A stretch of DNA of 64,000 nt from an uncultured Methanosarcinales archaeon (GTDB lineage Archaea > Nanobdellota > Nanobdellia > Woesearchaeales > CAZYIM01), in NCBI GenBank assembly GCA_964647565.1, contig CAZYIM010000008.1, forward strand, positions 3,072-67,071, in the 5' to 3' direction. Below are positions 19,150 through 29,100 of the stretch, in pieces. The notes beneath the pieces are model-generated. The model searched no databases. It was not told the DNA's origin and saw only the letters and a program-made list of their open reading frames with translations. Every line of letters starts with the position of its first letter. The first letter of the stretch is position 1. A program made the translations under genes and the position numbers.

Positions 19150-19569
19150 CTATGGCTGATTCTCAAATGGATTTGGGAATGCTTTCATGTCTGCTCTGCT
19201 TTCATACATCTTTCTGAGGTTGATCATGTCCTCTTGTTCAAATGGCATGAATGTGCCTGGTGCCAAGGCTTCGAAATCAGTTATATCTGGGCCAGGGTAT
19301 TTTCCTGGGCTCTTGCTTAATAGAATTTTCTGGTTCAGCTTGACAGAGCTGCAAAGATCTTTCAATGATCTATCTAATGTATCATATAGGACTGGACAGA
19401 TTGCATCCAATGTGGCGTATTGTTCTGAGCCATTATCTTGGACATATCTGCCGATAAAGATGTGGCAGCCGTAATCTTTGTATCATCTTGGGCTGAAATT
19501 GCCCTGGTCAAAAGGGGTGTGATTCAATTCATCTAAGGCTTGTTGTACTAACTCTTTTCCGCTTTTCAT
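19150..19569 (-). pseudogene. Hypothetical gene with one in-frame TGA (codon 29)
   Basis: ATG at 19569 just after BRE/TATA reads in frame into the 86-aa ORF through a single TGA at 19485-19483. Confidence 0.55.
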
Positions 19570-19701
19570 TTGTTGGAAAAATCGTCATCCCTTTTTAAAG
19601 TTTTCGATGTTTTTATCACTATTTAGTAATTATAAAATTAGATGTTGTTTAAGCAAAAGGTTTTTATAATTACCCAACTACCATAACCTGGGTGGTTTAA
19701 T

Positions 19702-21144
19702 ATGGTGAAATTGATAACTAATTTGAATGTACTTTCTCAGAGATATGCAACAGATCAGATGAATGGCATATTCCAGGAATATGAGAAGAACCTCTTGGAA
19801 CGAGAGCTATGGCTTACAGTGATGAAATCACAAAAAGAGCTTGGCGTTGATATTCCTTCAGAGGACATCGAGAAGTATGAGAGATCCTTTGGGAGCTTGG
19901 ATCTGAATCGAATAGCAGAAATAGAAGCCAAAAGGCGGCATGATATCAAGGCCAAGATTGAGCACTATGTTGAGGTGTCTGGAGCAGGTGAGCACATCCA
20001 CAAGGGCATGACCAGCAGGGACCTGACTGATAATATAGAGCTGATCCAGAACAGGCAGGCTGCCAGGATCATCTTTGGAAAATATGTAGCAATCCTTGAC
20101 AAGTTCATCAGGCGTGCAGACGAATACAAGCCTATTATTCTTACAGCCAGGACTCATCACCAGCCAGCCCAGCCTACTCTTCTTGGAAGACGGTTTTCAA
20201 TGTGGGCTGAGGAATTGCTGTTGCATCTTCCAGAGTTCGAGACCTTTATTGAGAATATGCCTTTTAGAGGCATAAAAGGTGCTGTGGGAAGCCAGTTTGA
20301 TCAGGTCACTCTTTTAGGCGGCTATGACAAGGCGGAAAAACTTGACAGGATGGTAGCAGATCACTTTGGCTTCAAACGTCTGCTTGACTCTCCTGGCCAG
20401 GTCTATCCAAGATCGCTCGACTATAGCCTTGCAAACAAGCTTGCACAATTGACTTCTTCATGCGAGAACTTTGCAAAGGGTATGAGATTGATGTCTGGCT
20501 ATGAGCTTGTTACAGAAGGTTTTAAAGACGGACAAGTGGGCTCGACAGCTATGCCGCACAAGATGAACACAAGAAGCTCTGAAAGGATATGCGGTTCTTC
20601 AGAGTTAGTCAAGATGTATGCTGATGGTGCTTCAAGGATTTCAGGTGACCAATGGGAAGAGGGTGATGTTTCATGTTCCATAGTTAGGAGGGTTATTGAT
20701 CCTGACATCTTCTATGCCTCAGAGGCTGTATGCGAGACCACTCTTACTGTGCTGAGGGAGATGGGTGCTTATCCAGTTGTTATTGACAAGGAGCTTGACA
20801 GGTATCTTCCTTTCCTTGCTACAACTGAGATATTGATGACAGCTGTAAAAAAGGGTATGGGCAGAGAAGAGGCTCACAAGATTATCAAGAAGTATGCAGT
20901 TGAAGAAGCATTGAAGATGAGGGAAGAAGGTGAAGATCCCTGGCTTGTCCAGAAACTTGCACTAGATCCCCTTTTCATGGAGTATGATATTCAAAAAACA
21001 GATCTTGAGAAGATCCTTCAGGACAAGCAGCATTTCATCGGTAATACTTACAGGCAGATGGACCGAGTCAAGGCAAAGGCAGTATCATTGATGCTGGACA
21101 GGCATGGAGATGTGGCTGTATACCAGGGAAAAGACATACTCTGA
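19702..21144 (+). CDS. purB: Adenylosuccinate lyase
   Basis: HKGMTSRD, ARTHHQPAQPT, GSTAMPHKMN. Confidence 0.95.
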   Translation: MVKLITNLNVLSQRYATDQMNGIFQEYEKNLLERELWLTVMKSQKELGVDIPSEDIEKYERSFGSLDLNRIAEIEAKRRHDIKAKIEHYVEVSGAGEHIHKGMTSRDLTDNIELIQNRQAARIIFGKYVAILDKFIRRADEYKPIILTARTHHQPAQPTLLGRRFSMWAEELLLHLPEFETFIENMPFRGIKGAVGSQFDQVTLLGGYDKAEKLDRMVADHFGFKRLLDSPGQVYPRSLDYSLANKLAQLTSSCENFAKGMRLMSGYELVTEGFKDGQVGSTAMPHKMNTRSSERICGSSELVKMYADGASRISGDQWEEGDVSCSIVRRVIDPDIFYASEAVCETTLTVLREMGAYPVVIDKELDRYLPFLATTEILMTAVKKGMGREEAHKIIKKYAVEEALKMREEGEDPWLVQKLALDPLFMEYDIQKTDLEKILQDKQHFIGNTYRQMDRVKAKAVSLMLDRHGDVAVYQGKDIL

Positions 21145-21185
21145 TAGGAAAGTATTATAAAAAATAGCAGATTACCTAAATTAAA

Positions 21186-21752
21186 ATGATGCCTGAATAC
21201 ATAGCTTCAAGTGTAACTGGTCTGGGATTATTACTATATTCTGCATGGCATGCAAAGGAAATAACCAATCGTAAACTCCAGTCTCTGGAGTATGCTTTAA
21301 GTGATGATACTTTAGATATTGCTGATAGGTTTTTACCCCGCAGTGTTCTCAAGAAAAAAACAAGAGTAGGTCCAAGAACTTCACAAGGTATATTGGAGTA
21401 TGAAAATCTTGAAGCTGCACTTAAATCATCTGCACGTTATCTGCTAGGTTACAGGAAATTGAGAAAACATTTCAATATCTCTGATAGGAAAGACGACACT
21501 AAAAAAAGTCTGAAGGGGGTATTGGCAAACGATTCTAATCAATGGTCTGGATTCATGACTTTAGTCATGATGGGCGCTAGCAAACTACAAAATTCTGATT
21601 CATTAAAGATTCTCGGTTATGGCGCGGGTACAGCTTTGGTCACCAAGATTGGCACTAAGATTGGTGAATACAGGGCGGTATCAAAATACATAAAACAAGC
21701 CAAAAAAGTTGAAGCTTTAATAAAAGAACGTCGAACCCAAAGGAGTAACTAG
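21186..21752 (+). CDS. Hypothetical membrane-associated protein
   Basis: 188-aa ORF with TATA upstream. Confidence 0.6.
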   Translation: MMPEYIASSVTGLGLLLYSAWHAKEITNRKLQSLEYALSDDTLDIADRFLPRSVLKKKTRVGPRTSQGILEYENLEAALKSSARYLLGYRKLRKHFNISDRKDDTKKSLKGVLANDSNQWSGFMTLVMMGASKLQNSDSLKILGYGAGTALVTKIGTKIGEYRAVSKYIKQAKKVEALIKERRTQRSN

Positions 21753-23122
21753 ATTTTCTTAACAGTTCCTTTTTTTGAATCTATCTGGATTGTATCTCCC
21801 TCTTTGATTACCTTTGTGGCGATCCTGGTGCCGACAATGCAGGGCTTTTTCATCTCTCTTGCAAGAACAGACGCGTGGCATACTAGGCCGCCTTCATCAG
21901 TTACCCAGCCCACTGCTTTTTCCATGGCAATAACAAAATTGGGCGAGGTCATTGAACAGACTATTATATCGCCTTTTTGGACCTTTTTTAGGTCTGCATC
22001 CTCATTGATTATGACTGCCTGTCCTTTTACAACACCTTCAAAGACACCCTTACCTTTAATTTCAGAAATCTCTTTATCAACTGCTGTAAGCGTTTCTGAC
22101 CATTTCTGAAACTGTTTGAACTCTTTTCCAAGCAATAGAATGGGTTTGACACCAGTTCTGACATAGCCATATCCTTTTTTCTTCAGTTCTAAGTGTTGTT
22201 TATCAATCTTTTTTAAGGCTATGATCTCCTGGCTTGTAAGATATTTCATATCCTTTAGCTTGATGCCAAGATCTACCTCTGCTCTTTTTAGGATCTGGTT
22301 GAAGATGAAACAGGCTTTATAGATGGTCTCCACACTCCAGTTTAGCAGGTAGCCATAATCTTGTGCAAGTTTTATTCTCTCTTTTGACTCATCATCTAAC
22401 TGGTTGATTAATTGCTCTGTTGTTTTTCTTTCATGCTCTTCCTCTTTCTTTTTAGTTTCTAACAATTCTTCGGGATCTTCAATTTCAGATATTTTTTCTT
22501 GAAAATAATCAATTGGCAACTCATCTTCCATGTTGAAGAACTTTTGAGACAGCCAGGAGAATTTCTTATGATGTTCTCTAAGCAGCATCTGAAAATTCGG
22601 TTGGTTCTTTTTGGTTGCCAGCTTTAGCAGTTCAAATCTTTCCTGTTGAATATAATCTTTTCTAAGATTGAAAAGAAGGATTTTCTCTATCTTTTTTTCA
22701 TCATAATCTACCCCTTCGAATATCAGATTATATTCTGTGACATACCAGGGAAGCCAGAAAAAAGAGACTGCATTATAGAATTCCTCGAAGCATAATAAAA
22801 TGGCTTCAAGGAGATCAGGATTTCTTATATTTTTCTGCACTGTGTCTAAAAGCAGATTGCATTGTCTTATAGTTTTATCATAGAGCTTCTTATAGAAATC
22901 AAAACCTTTCTTTCTTAGGCATTCTACGATAAGTTCATCCTGGTCTTTTGGAACAATGACTGATCCGACAATGATCATTTCATAAGGGCCTTTGAAATCT
23001 GACTCAATTGCTTCTGAGAAATATTTCTTTCTTCCAATCAAAGAGACATCAGCACCTAGAAGAGAAATCTCTCTCTTATAGGAACGTTTCCAAGAGTCTG
23101 GATTTGGTAGCTTAATCCCCAT
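21749..23122 (-). CDS. PEP-utilising mobile (phosphohistidine) domain protein with helical N-terminal region
   Basis: GDIIVCSMTSP, TDEGGLVCHASVLARE.KKPCIVGT. Confidence 0.88.
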   Translation of the reverse strand: MGIKLPNPDSWKRSYKREISLLGADVSLIGRKKYFSEAIESDFKGPYEMIIVGSVIVPKDQDELIVECLRKKGFDFYKKLYDKTIRQCNLLLDTVQKNIRNPDLLEAILLCFEEFYNAVSFFWLPWYVTEYNLIFEGVDYDEKKIEKILLFNLRKDYIQQERFELLKLATKKNQPNFQMLLREHHKKFSWLSQKFFNMEDELPIDYFQEKISEIEDPEELLETKKKEEEHERKTTEQLINQLDDESKERIKLAQDYGYLLNWSVETIYKACFIFNQILKRAEVDLGIKLKDMKYLTSQEIIALKKIDKQHLELKKKGYGYVRTGVKPILLLGKEFKQFQKWSETLTAVDKEISEIKGKGVFEGVVKGQAVIINEDADLKKVQKGDIIVCSMTSPNFVIAMEKAVGWVTDEGGLVCHASVLAREMKKPCIVGTRIATKVIKEGDTIQIDSKKGTVKKI

Positions 23123-23146
23123 AGTGTGGATTATCCTTCGCTCTAT

Positions 23147-24139
23147 TTAAACTTTTATATTATGCTTCTTGTAGCCTTTCTTCTTTAGGAATTTGAAGAA
23201 GTCCTTTTCTGTAAAGAAGAACTTGTTTATCATGTGTTTCTCAAATGGTCCGTAGAAGCGGTCTGGGCATATCATCCAGACATCTTTTGTGGTCTGGAAT
23301 GCATGAGTCAGTTCAGTCAAGACGCCTGCTGAGAAAACAAGGGTTGGCAGGAAATAGACAATTATCTTCCTTGATTTGCCTGTAAACCATTTCAAATCTC
23401 TCTGAACTGTCTGGGCTGCCTGTGCATCGTTGAAAGTTTTAGACAACTCTATACTTCTCGGATTTAGTACAGCGAAATATTTGTTAAGCTCTACAATGAA
23501 ATCATCAATTTTCTTTGCATCTGCTTTACTCTTGATATTGCTCATAGGGAAGCTTGCATATACCAGCTCTATCTTGGGTTTGAACATTAGCTTGAAGAGC
23601 AGATCTCTGGATTCAGATCTTGGCAGAATAAAGTGGGGTTTACCCATCAGTTCTGACATGCCTTTGGTCACACTGACTTCGACATCCTGCCACGAAAGGA
23701 TCTGATGCTTATGTACTTTTTGGTCTGCCCATTGTTCAGATGCAGCCATCTTTCTTTGTATCCTTTCTGAATTATCGATAAGAGTAATAAACATGTCTGG
23801 TTTGATGTCTTTAAGGTATTTCCAATTGAATGCATTTGAGAAGTTTTGCTTCCACCAGAACGTAACGTGGCCTGCAACGATTACATGTTCATGCTTTTTC
23901 ATCTCTTCTTTGAGGTCTTTTATGATGTTTCTCATCACAACTGCCCTGAATGAAGGGTCTATGTTCAGGACATTTTTTTTCACAAAAGTAACTCCGAGGT
24001 CAGACTCGAGTTGCTTCATCAGCAGGTCTCCGAGAGATATATATTTTATGTTTATGCCGTTTTTCTTGGCAACCCTGATGGTTTCCTGGATAAATCCTTT
24101 TTTGTCAGCTTCTGATATTGCGGTTAAAAATATTTTCAT
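23147..24139 (-). CDS. Archaeal adenylate-kinase-like domain fused to a nucleoside deoxyribosyltransferase-like domain
   Basis: N-terminal FLTAISEADK (degenerate P-loop), SLGD, VAGH, PDMFITL; C-terminal YASFPMS..LNP..RD..SAGV..E. Confidence 0.6.
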   Translation of the reverse strand: MKIFLTAISEADKKGFIQETIRVAKKNGINIKYISLGDLLMKQLESDLGVTFVKKNVLNIDPSFRAVVMRNIIKDLKEEMKKHEHVIVAGHVTFWWKQNFSNAFNWKYLKDIKPDMFITLIDNSERIQRKMAASEQWADQKVHKHQILSWQDVEVSVTKGMSELMGKPHFILPRSESRDLLFKLMFKPKIELVYASFPMSNIKSKADAKKIDDFIVELNKYFAVLNPRSIELSKTFNDAQAAQTVQRDLKWFTGKSRKIIVYFLPTLVFSAGVLTELTHAFQTTKDVWMICPDRFYGPFEKHMINKFFFTEKDFFKFLKKKGYKKHNIKV

Positions 24140-24288
24140 TGATTATCACCTGTAGACGAGAATCTTATCAGTTTTAAAAAAGTTTCTATAATATTGTATT
24201 TTTACTACTATCGAATGGTTATAAATCGAAATCTTTATAAAGGAGAAATTCTTTTTCAATAAAATTAGTTATGAAGGAGGTAGATATT

Positions 24289-24663
24289 ATGAATCAACTT
24301 GAAAAAAACCTTGTAGCATCATTTAATCTGGTCAGAGAGGATGTTATTAACTTAAAAAGCGAGATGGCTGCTCTTAAGCAGACCAACCAGCATCTGAATG
24401 AAGTTCTTAGAGACACAAGGCGGCAAGAAAAACAACTCTATCAAAGAGTCAAGACCTTGAGCCAGAAAAAAACTTCTAAAGTTGTCAAGAAAGTGTTGGT
24501 TACAGCTCAAAAAACTTTTGTGGCTTCAAAGACAGGTAAGAAAGTCCATAATTCCAGCTGCCCCTTTGCAAAGAACATCAAGCCCAAAAAGAAGATGGTC
24601 TTCAAGTCAAAGGCAAAAGCACTGAATAAAGGATTCAAGTCTTGTGAATGCCTGAAGAGATAA
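24289..24663 (+). CDS. Coiled-coil protein with C-terminal Ada-like metal-binding domain
   Basis: FVASKTGKKVH..SCP..F.S..A...GFKSCEC; GGAGG SD. Confidence 0.7.
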   Translation: MNQLEKNLVASFNLVREDVINLKSEMAALKQTNQHLNEVLRDTRRQEKQLYQRVKTLSQKKTSKVVKKVLVTAQKTFVASKTGKKVHNSSCPFAKNIKPKKKMVFKSKAKALNKGFKSCECLKR

Positions 24664-24694
24664 TTTCTTTTATTTTTAATATTCCTGATTGAGA

Positions 24695-25732
24695 ATGAGC
24701 AGATTCCCCTCTTTCAAAGAAATAACAGCTGTTCTTAAAGCTGACAAGAAGCATCTATTGCCGACACTTTTTATCTCGATTCCAAGTTGGTTGAATAGGA
24801 TTAATAATTGTGAACGTCAGGTTCTATCATTACATAAGCATTTCTCCAGCAATGAAGGTATGAACACATTGATGTGGATGTTTATCCAGACTGAAACTGC
24901 TTATCTTACAGAAACCCTTGGAATATTTGATGTTGAGGAGAACGATTACAGGAGCCTAGCTGCTCCAAAAGAAAATCAAGAACTCTATAAAAATGTGGGT
25001 CTACGTGATACAGCTGCTATTGATGGATTAATATCGGAATTATCAGAACAATTAAAAGTACTGCATCAAATGGATGCAACTCAACACTGTGAAATTAATC
25101 AGAAGTTTATGGATGATCTGATTCATTACAGGGATGGGGGTGGCGATCACGACAACATTTTATTTGATCTGAAAAAATATCTTGTTTCGCACACTCATTA
25201 CCCCGACAACATAAACCACTCAAAAGAGATTGTGCTGCATGTCCATAAATTGAATGACAAGAGTGATGAAGGTAATTATTCTGAGCCAGATAGGTCAACC
25301 AGCTATTTTAGGGCGTTGGGTCTTGTATCTTATTTTCATGAATTAAATGGCGAGGGTGACAGACACGTCATGAATATTGATTTTTATGTCAGGCATAGGA
25401 TCTGGACAAAAGAATATAGTTTTGGTCCGATCAAGGTTACTCTTGATGAAAAAGAGAACAAGATGACATATACTCTGGCAGATGATAGTCAAGCAACAAG
25501 TAGTGTAACGCCGATGGAACTTTCAAAAAAGGATGTAAGCTTCTTTCTTTCCATCTCTCCTGACGTGCTTCCATTCATCTGTTACGATCCGAGCAAGGAT
25601 CTCGAATCAGATATGCAAAATCCCGGTATCTTAGAAGGTATTGAGAACCTCTCGTCTGTTGCCAGAGAATTTGTGCCTAAGGTCTGGGGAACAAAATGTT
25701 CATATCTTAAGAATATGGACGGAATTCTCTAA
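24695..25732 (+). CDS. Hypothetical protein
   Basis: Long ORF, no recognised motif. Confidence 0.65.
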   Translation: MSRFPSFKEITAVLKADKKHLLPTLFISIPSWLNRINNCERQVLSLHKHFSSNEGMNTLMWMFIQTETAYLTETLGIFDVEENDYRSLAAPKENQELYKNVGLRDTAAIDGLISELSEQLKVLHQMDATQHCEINQKFMDDLIHYRDGGGDHDNILFDLKKYLVSHTHYPDNINHSKEIVLHVHKLNDKSDEGNYSEPDRSTSYFRALGLVSYFHELNGEGDRHVMNIDFYVRHRIWTKEYSFGPIKVTLDEKENKMTYTLADDSQATSSVTPMELSKKDVSFFLSISPDVLPFICYDPSKDLESDMQNPGILEGIENLSSVAREFVPKVWGTKCSYLKNMDGIL

Positions 25733-26160
25733 TAATAGCTTTTATTGGGAGGATTCTTTAGCACTTCTTCCATTATCTCCCATTTGCCGTTTAATACAAC
25801 TGGCTTCATAGCTGCAATCTCATCCTTATAATGGATGTCTGGGACGGGATTCATGATGAAGATTGGCAGTTCAGCATCAAAGGCCTTGCCCATCTCTAGA
25901 AACGTGTTGCCCCCGATATAGTTCTTTTTCTCTTCCTTATCATAGTTCAAAACAAGAATTGCATCAGACATCTCTATCTTTTGAAAATGGACTTTCATAA
26001 GGTCGCCCTTGAAATCCTCTTTCTCTTTTTTCAGCTTGAACTCGTCATCCACATCCTCAATAGTGGGAATATAGACCTCGTGGCCTCTCTCTTTAAGGAT
26101 ATTCTTGATCTCAATGATTTTGTCAAGGAAGGCATAGCTTGCGCATATGGTTATAATCAT
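25729..26160 (-). CDS. Nucleoside 2-deoxyribosyltransferase-like protein
   Basis: ITICAS, SDAILVLN, YIGGNTFLEMG. Confidence 0.7.
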   Translation of the reverse strand: MIITICASYAFLDKIIEIKNILKERGHEVYIPTIEDVDDEFKLKKEKEDFKGDLMKVHFQKIEMSDAILVLNYDKEEKKNYIGGNTFLEMGKAFDAELPIFIMNPVPDIHYKDEIAAMKPVVLNGKWEIMEEVLKNPPNKSYY

Positions 26161-26232
26161 AAGAACATGTAATCAACTGAATTATTTAAAGATTACTGAA
26201 AGCTTAAATATGAGTTGATATTCCCCTTGTCT

Positions 26233-26814
26233 ATGCAGGAAGAAGACAGGAAAATACTGGAAGAATTGAATCATCAGCCATATCATTTTAAAAATGAAAC
26301 TTTTATAAGATTGGCTGACATAGGGGTATTTAGCTCGTATGCTGATACTGTTGTTGGAGGTAAGGGGAGTATTATTCTTGTTGGAGATATGAATTCAGGA
26401 AAATCCGCTATAGGTGATTTGTTTGTTGTGGATGGATGGTTTTCAACCCACATTCAAGACTCACAAACATTATACTATCATAATAAAGGTCTTTTTGCAG
26501 TGAGAAGAAAAGGTGATAATAGAGTGCATTATGACTTTGATGGCTTGTTAAAAGATCCCATGGATATTTATAGAACGATTGCCATATTCTATATGCAAAA
26601 GAAATTGCAGGGTAATAAGATTGAAGAAGCCAATCCTCTGTCAATCCTGGACATGATGTTTTTTTCAGGTCCGGGAAGAGAAAAGACTCCTGAACTGGAT
26701 GGGCTTGTCTATCCTCTCCTAAAAGACATTCCTGCTTTTGCAGTAGACAGATTTGAATCTCCTATGTTGAAATATCAGGCTATCCAAGATGTAGTCAAGG
26801 ATCTTATCTACTAG
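26233..26814 (+). CDS. P-loop protein, HPr-kinase C-terminal-like
   Basis: IILVGDMNSGKS. Confidence 0.5.
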   Translation: MQEEDRKILEELNHQPYHFKNETFIRLADIGVFSSYADTVVGGKGSIILVGDMNSGKSAIGDLFVVDGWFSTHIQDSQTLYYHNKGLFAVRRKGDNRVHYDFDGLLKDPMDIYRTIAIFYMQKKLQGNKIEEANPLSILDMMFFSGPGREKTPELDGLVYPLLKDIPAFAVDRFESPMLKYQAIQDVVKDLIY

Positions 26815-26843
26815 TGTCTTTGGGTTATTAGATTAAATGTTAT

Positions 26844-27860
26844 TTATGCCTTAGAAAGTGTTCTTATAATATCTGATCCTGTATGTGGAATAATACCTTT
26901 CTCGAATTTCTTTGGTTCTTTTAGATATTTGGTAAGGGCATATGCTGAGAAAATATAACGATTATCAAGTTTTTTTATGTTGTTAGGAATATGCAGCTCA
27001 TATTCCAGCTCTTTGGTAAACTCATATAGTGTTTCTGTGTCGCCTCTATGCAGCACAAAGCCTGAACACGAAACAAGTTGAGATAGGAATGGGCTATATT
27101 TTGTTTCAAAGAGGTCACCTTTTTCTGGAACCCAGATTTCTTCTATGAGTTTCTCAACTTCTGTTTTCCATTTCTTATTGGGCAGTTCTGAGAGATTTGA
27201 ATAGTTAGGATATAGGCCTCTGAATCTTGCATAGTGTGATTCTGCTGTTAAGGGAGTTTCCAATTCAAAGTTTCTTTCGCTGTTCAGGTTTCCTATTTGT
27301 GTGAACTCCTCATTCTTGGCAGCTACGAGCTCAATCTTTTTTATTTCATCAGGAAACAAGTAAAGATTCTCTGGGCGGTGTCCACCATATCCTGCATCGA
27401 TTGTAAGGAATGTGAGCAAGCCTTGGGCATAATCAGTTTTTTGAAATTCAACCAGCCTTTCTTCAAAAGGAGATTTGGTATTGTCATATGGCAGGTGTTT
27501 TATGAATTTGAAATCAACTGTTTCTGGAAGCTTTTCTTTTCCAAGAACTGTCTGCAGGAACTTTCTGAGCTTGTCCCTTTGTGGGGATTGCTGTAACCTT
27601 CCTGAATCTGGCCGGTCTATTTTTATAGAGGTTTTAACCTGGACAGCTGTGGCATCAGCCGCATAATCTAATATTGCACTATAGATGATCTGGTTCATGC
27701 TTGTTGCAATCGATGCTGCTGCCACACCAATGAATTCAGAAATATCTTGTGATAATGATTGGTCATTTAGTCTTTCGAGATCTGGTGCAAGTTTAAAGGC
27801 TCGCAGCATCTGACTCAGTCGAACATTAGCAACTCGTGGATTATTAGGTAGGTAGTACAT
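26844..27860 (-). CDS. Hypothetical protein
   Basis: 338-aa ORF with TATA upstream. Confidence 0.65.
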   Translation of the reverse strand: MYYLPNNPRVANVRLSQMLRAFKLAPDLERLNDQSLSQDISEFIGVAAASIATSMNQIIYSAILDYAADATAVQVKTSIKIDRPDSGRLQQSPQRDKLRKFLQTVLGKEKLPETVDFKFIKHLPYDNTKSPFEERLVEFQKTDYAQGLLTFLTIDAGYGGHRPENLYLFPDEIKKIELVAAKNEEFTQIGNLNSERNFELETPLTAESHYARFRGLYPNYSNLSELPNKKWKTEVEKLIEEIWVPEKGDLFETKYSPFLSQLVSCSGFVLHRGDTETLYEFTKELEYELHIPNNIKKLDNRYIFSAYALTKYLKEPKKFEKGIIPHTGSDIIRTLSKA

Positions 27861-27952
27861 TTTCTAGAGAATAATGCAGGATATTTTATAAATTTGTTGT
27901 TTGTTCACTACTTTTAAATGGTATTTGGCGGGGTGTTGGAAGCATTAAGTGT

Positions 27953-28012
27953 TTATTCCCCTTCAAAATCTATCATGTGGAAGACTTTGTGGCGTCCTGA
28001 ATTTTTTTTCTC
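27953..28012 (-). pseudogene. Stranded (probably original) 3' end of apt
   Basis: Translates EKKNSGRHKVFHMIDFEGE*, matching the current apt end NKLEKQGLKVHSMIQFEGD*; same strand as apt. Confidence 0.75.
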
Positions 28013-28125
28013 AATTTATTCATTTAATTGTCATAACTCTAAAATTTATTCGGTTTTTCCGAAACACTGGACATGTACACGTAAGACTTTAATATTCTCT
28101 ATTTTATTATTTTTATCAATTTTTC

Positions 28126-29100
28126 TTGCATTTGAAATCCAAGAAGTTAATTGATGATTTCAAAATGAAAAAAGATAAAAATCATATCAAAATGAGAAAT
28201 AAAGTTGAACTTCTTTTAGATTTAGGTTTTTCAATTGAAGATATAGCTGCCAAACTTCATTTATTAATTGGAACTCGCTTTATTAGAAAATCAGTAAAAT
28301 GGTATAAATACTGCATCATGGCAAAGAAAAACCAAAAGATGGCTATTTCCAAACATCCTGGCCTTTACAGCAAGGCAGGTAAAATCGCACAACAAAAACA
28401 TCCCTGGTTGGGGAGAGAATTGGGAAAGAAATATGGGCCGATCCAAGGAAAGAAAAATGCCGAAAGACTTCGAGGGAATTCTAAATATTTTTCAAAAATA
28501 GCCAGAAGATTACATGAAATTAATCCTGAACACTCTAGAAGAAATATGAAAAAAGCTCACAATACTATGAAACGTGAAGGGACCTTCTACAAACATCAAT
28601 TTAATGCATCCCTGAAATGCATGGAAAAACATCCTAATCAACTTAAAGAAATGTCAAGAAAAGCCCACGCTTTATACCCTCTTGCCCAATTGGCAAGAGA
28701 AAGTAGAAGAAGGCATTACCCTTATAGATTTATGGATTGTTTTTTTGATTCATTCAATGAAATGAAATTATGTATGTTGTTAGTTGAAAACGGATTGATG
28801 GAAAAACCGATAGAAGGGAAAAACGTGCATTTTCATTTATATAATCATCATATTGATTTCTTTGTTAAAAAAACGGTCTTTATTGAATATCATCCTCCAA
28901 TACAGTATGGTGGTAAAAACGAGACTCTAAAAAGTTATTATAAAGAACGCAGGAAACTTTTAGATAGTCGCGGATATAAAGAATATCCCTTAATTGTATT
29001 TGACAGATTGAATCGTACCGAAAGTAAAATAAATAAAATAAAAAAACTAATCGCCCTCAAATTGAATCATAGAATGAACTTTCAATCCTTGCTTTTCTAA
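28126..29100 (+). CDS. Putative freestanding homing-type endonuclease (basic repeats plus Vsr/DUF559-like PD-(D/E)XK domain)
   Basis: Repeated basic units (SKAGKIAQQKHP, HEINP, MEKHP); C-terminal FDSFNE..IDFFV..VFIEYH; AT-rich; start may be ATG 28165 or 28192. Confidence 0.65.
   Translation: MHLKSKKLIDDFKMKKDKNHIKMRNKVELLLDLGFSIEDIAAKLHLLIGTRFIRKSVKWYKYCIMAKKNQKMAISKHPGLYSKAGKIAQQKHPWLGRELGKKYGPIQGKKNAERLRGNSKYFSKIARRLHEINPEHSRRNMKKAHNTMKREGTFYKHQFNASLKCMEKHPNQLKEMSRKAHALYPLAQLARESRRRHYPYRFMDCFFDSFNEMKLCMLLVENGLMEKPIEGKNVHFHLYNHHIDFFVKKTVFIEYHPPIQYGGKNETLKSYYKERRKLLDSRGYKEYPLIVFDRLNRTESKINKIKKLIALKLNHRMNFQSLLF

Noticed and set aside
19483-19485. Genome-wide UGA recoding
   Set aside because: UGA ends conserved genes at expected positions (purB, rpl7ae, trxA, rpl39e).
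19702-21144. purB as part of a 2-aminoadenine (Z-base) pathway
   Set aside because: No purZ/purA, datZ or mazZ nearby; ordinary purine metabolism explains it.
27926-27950. tRNA-like end (GGCGGGGTG / CCCCGCCA)
   Set aside because: No T-loop or cloverleaf; the adjacent sequence is better explained as the apt remnant.
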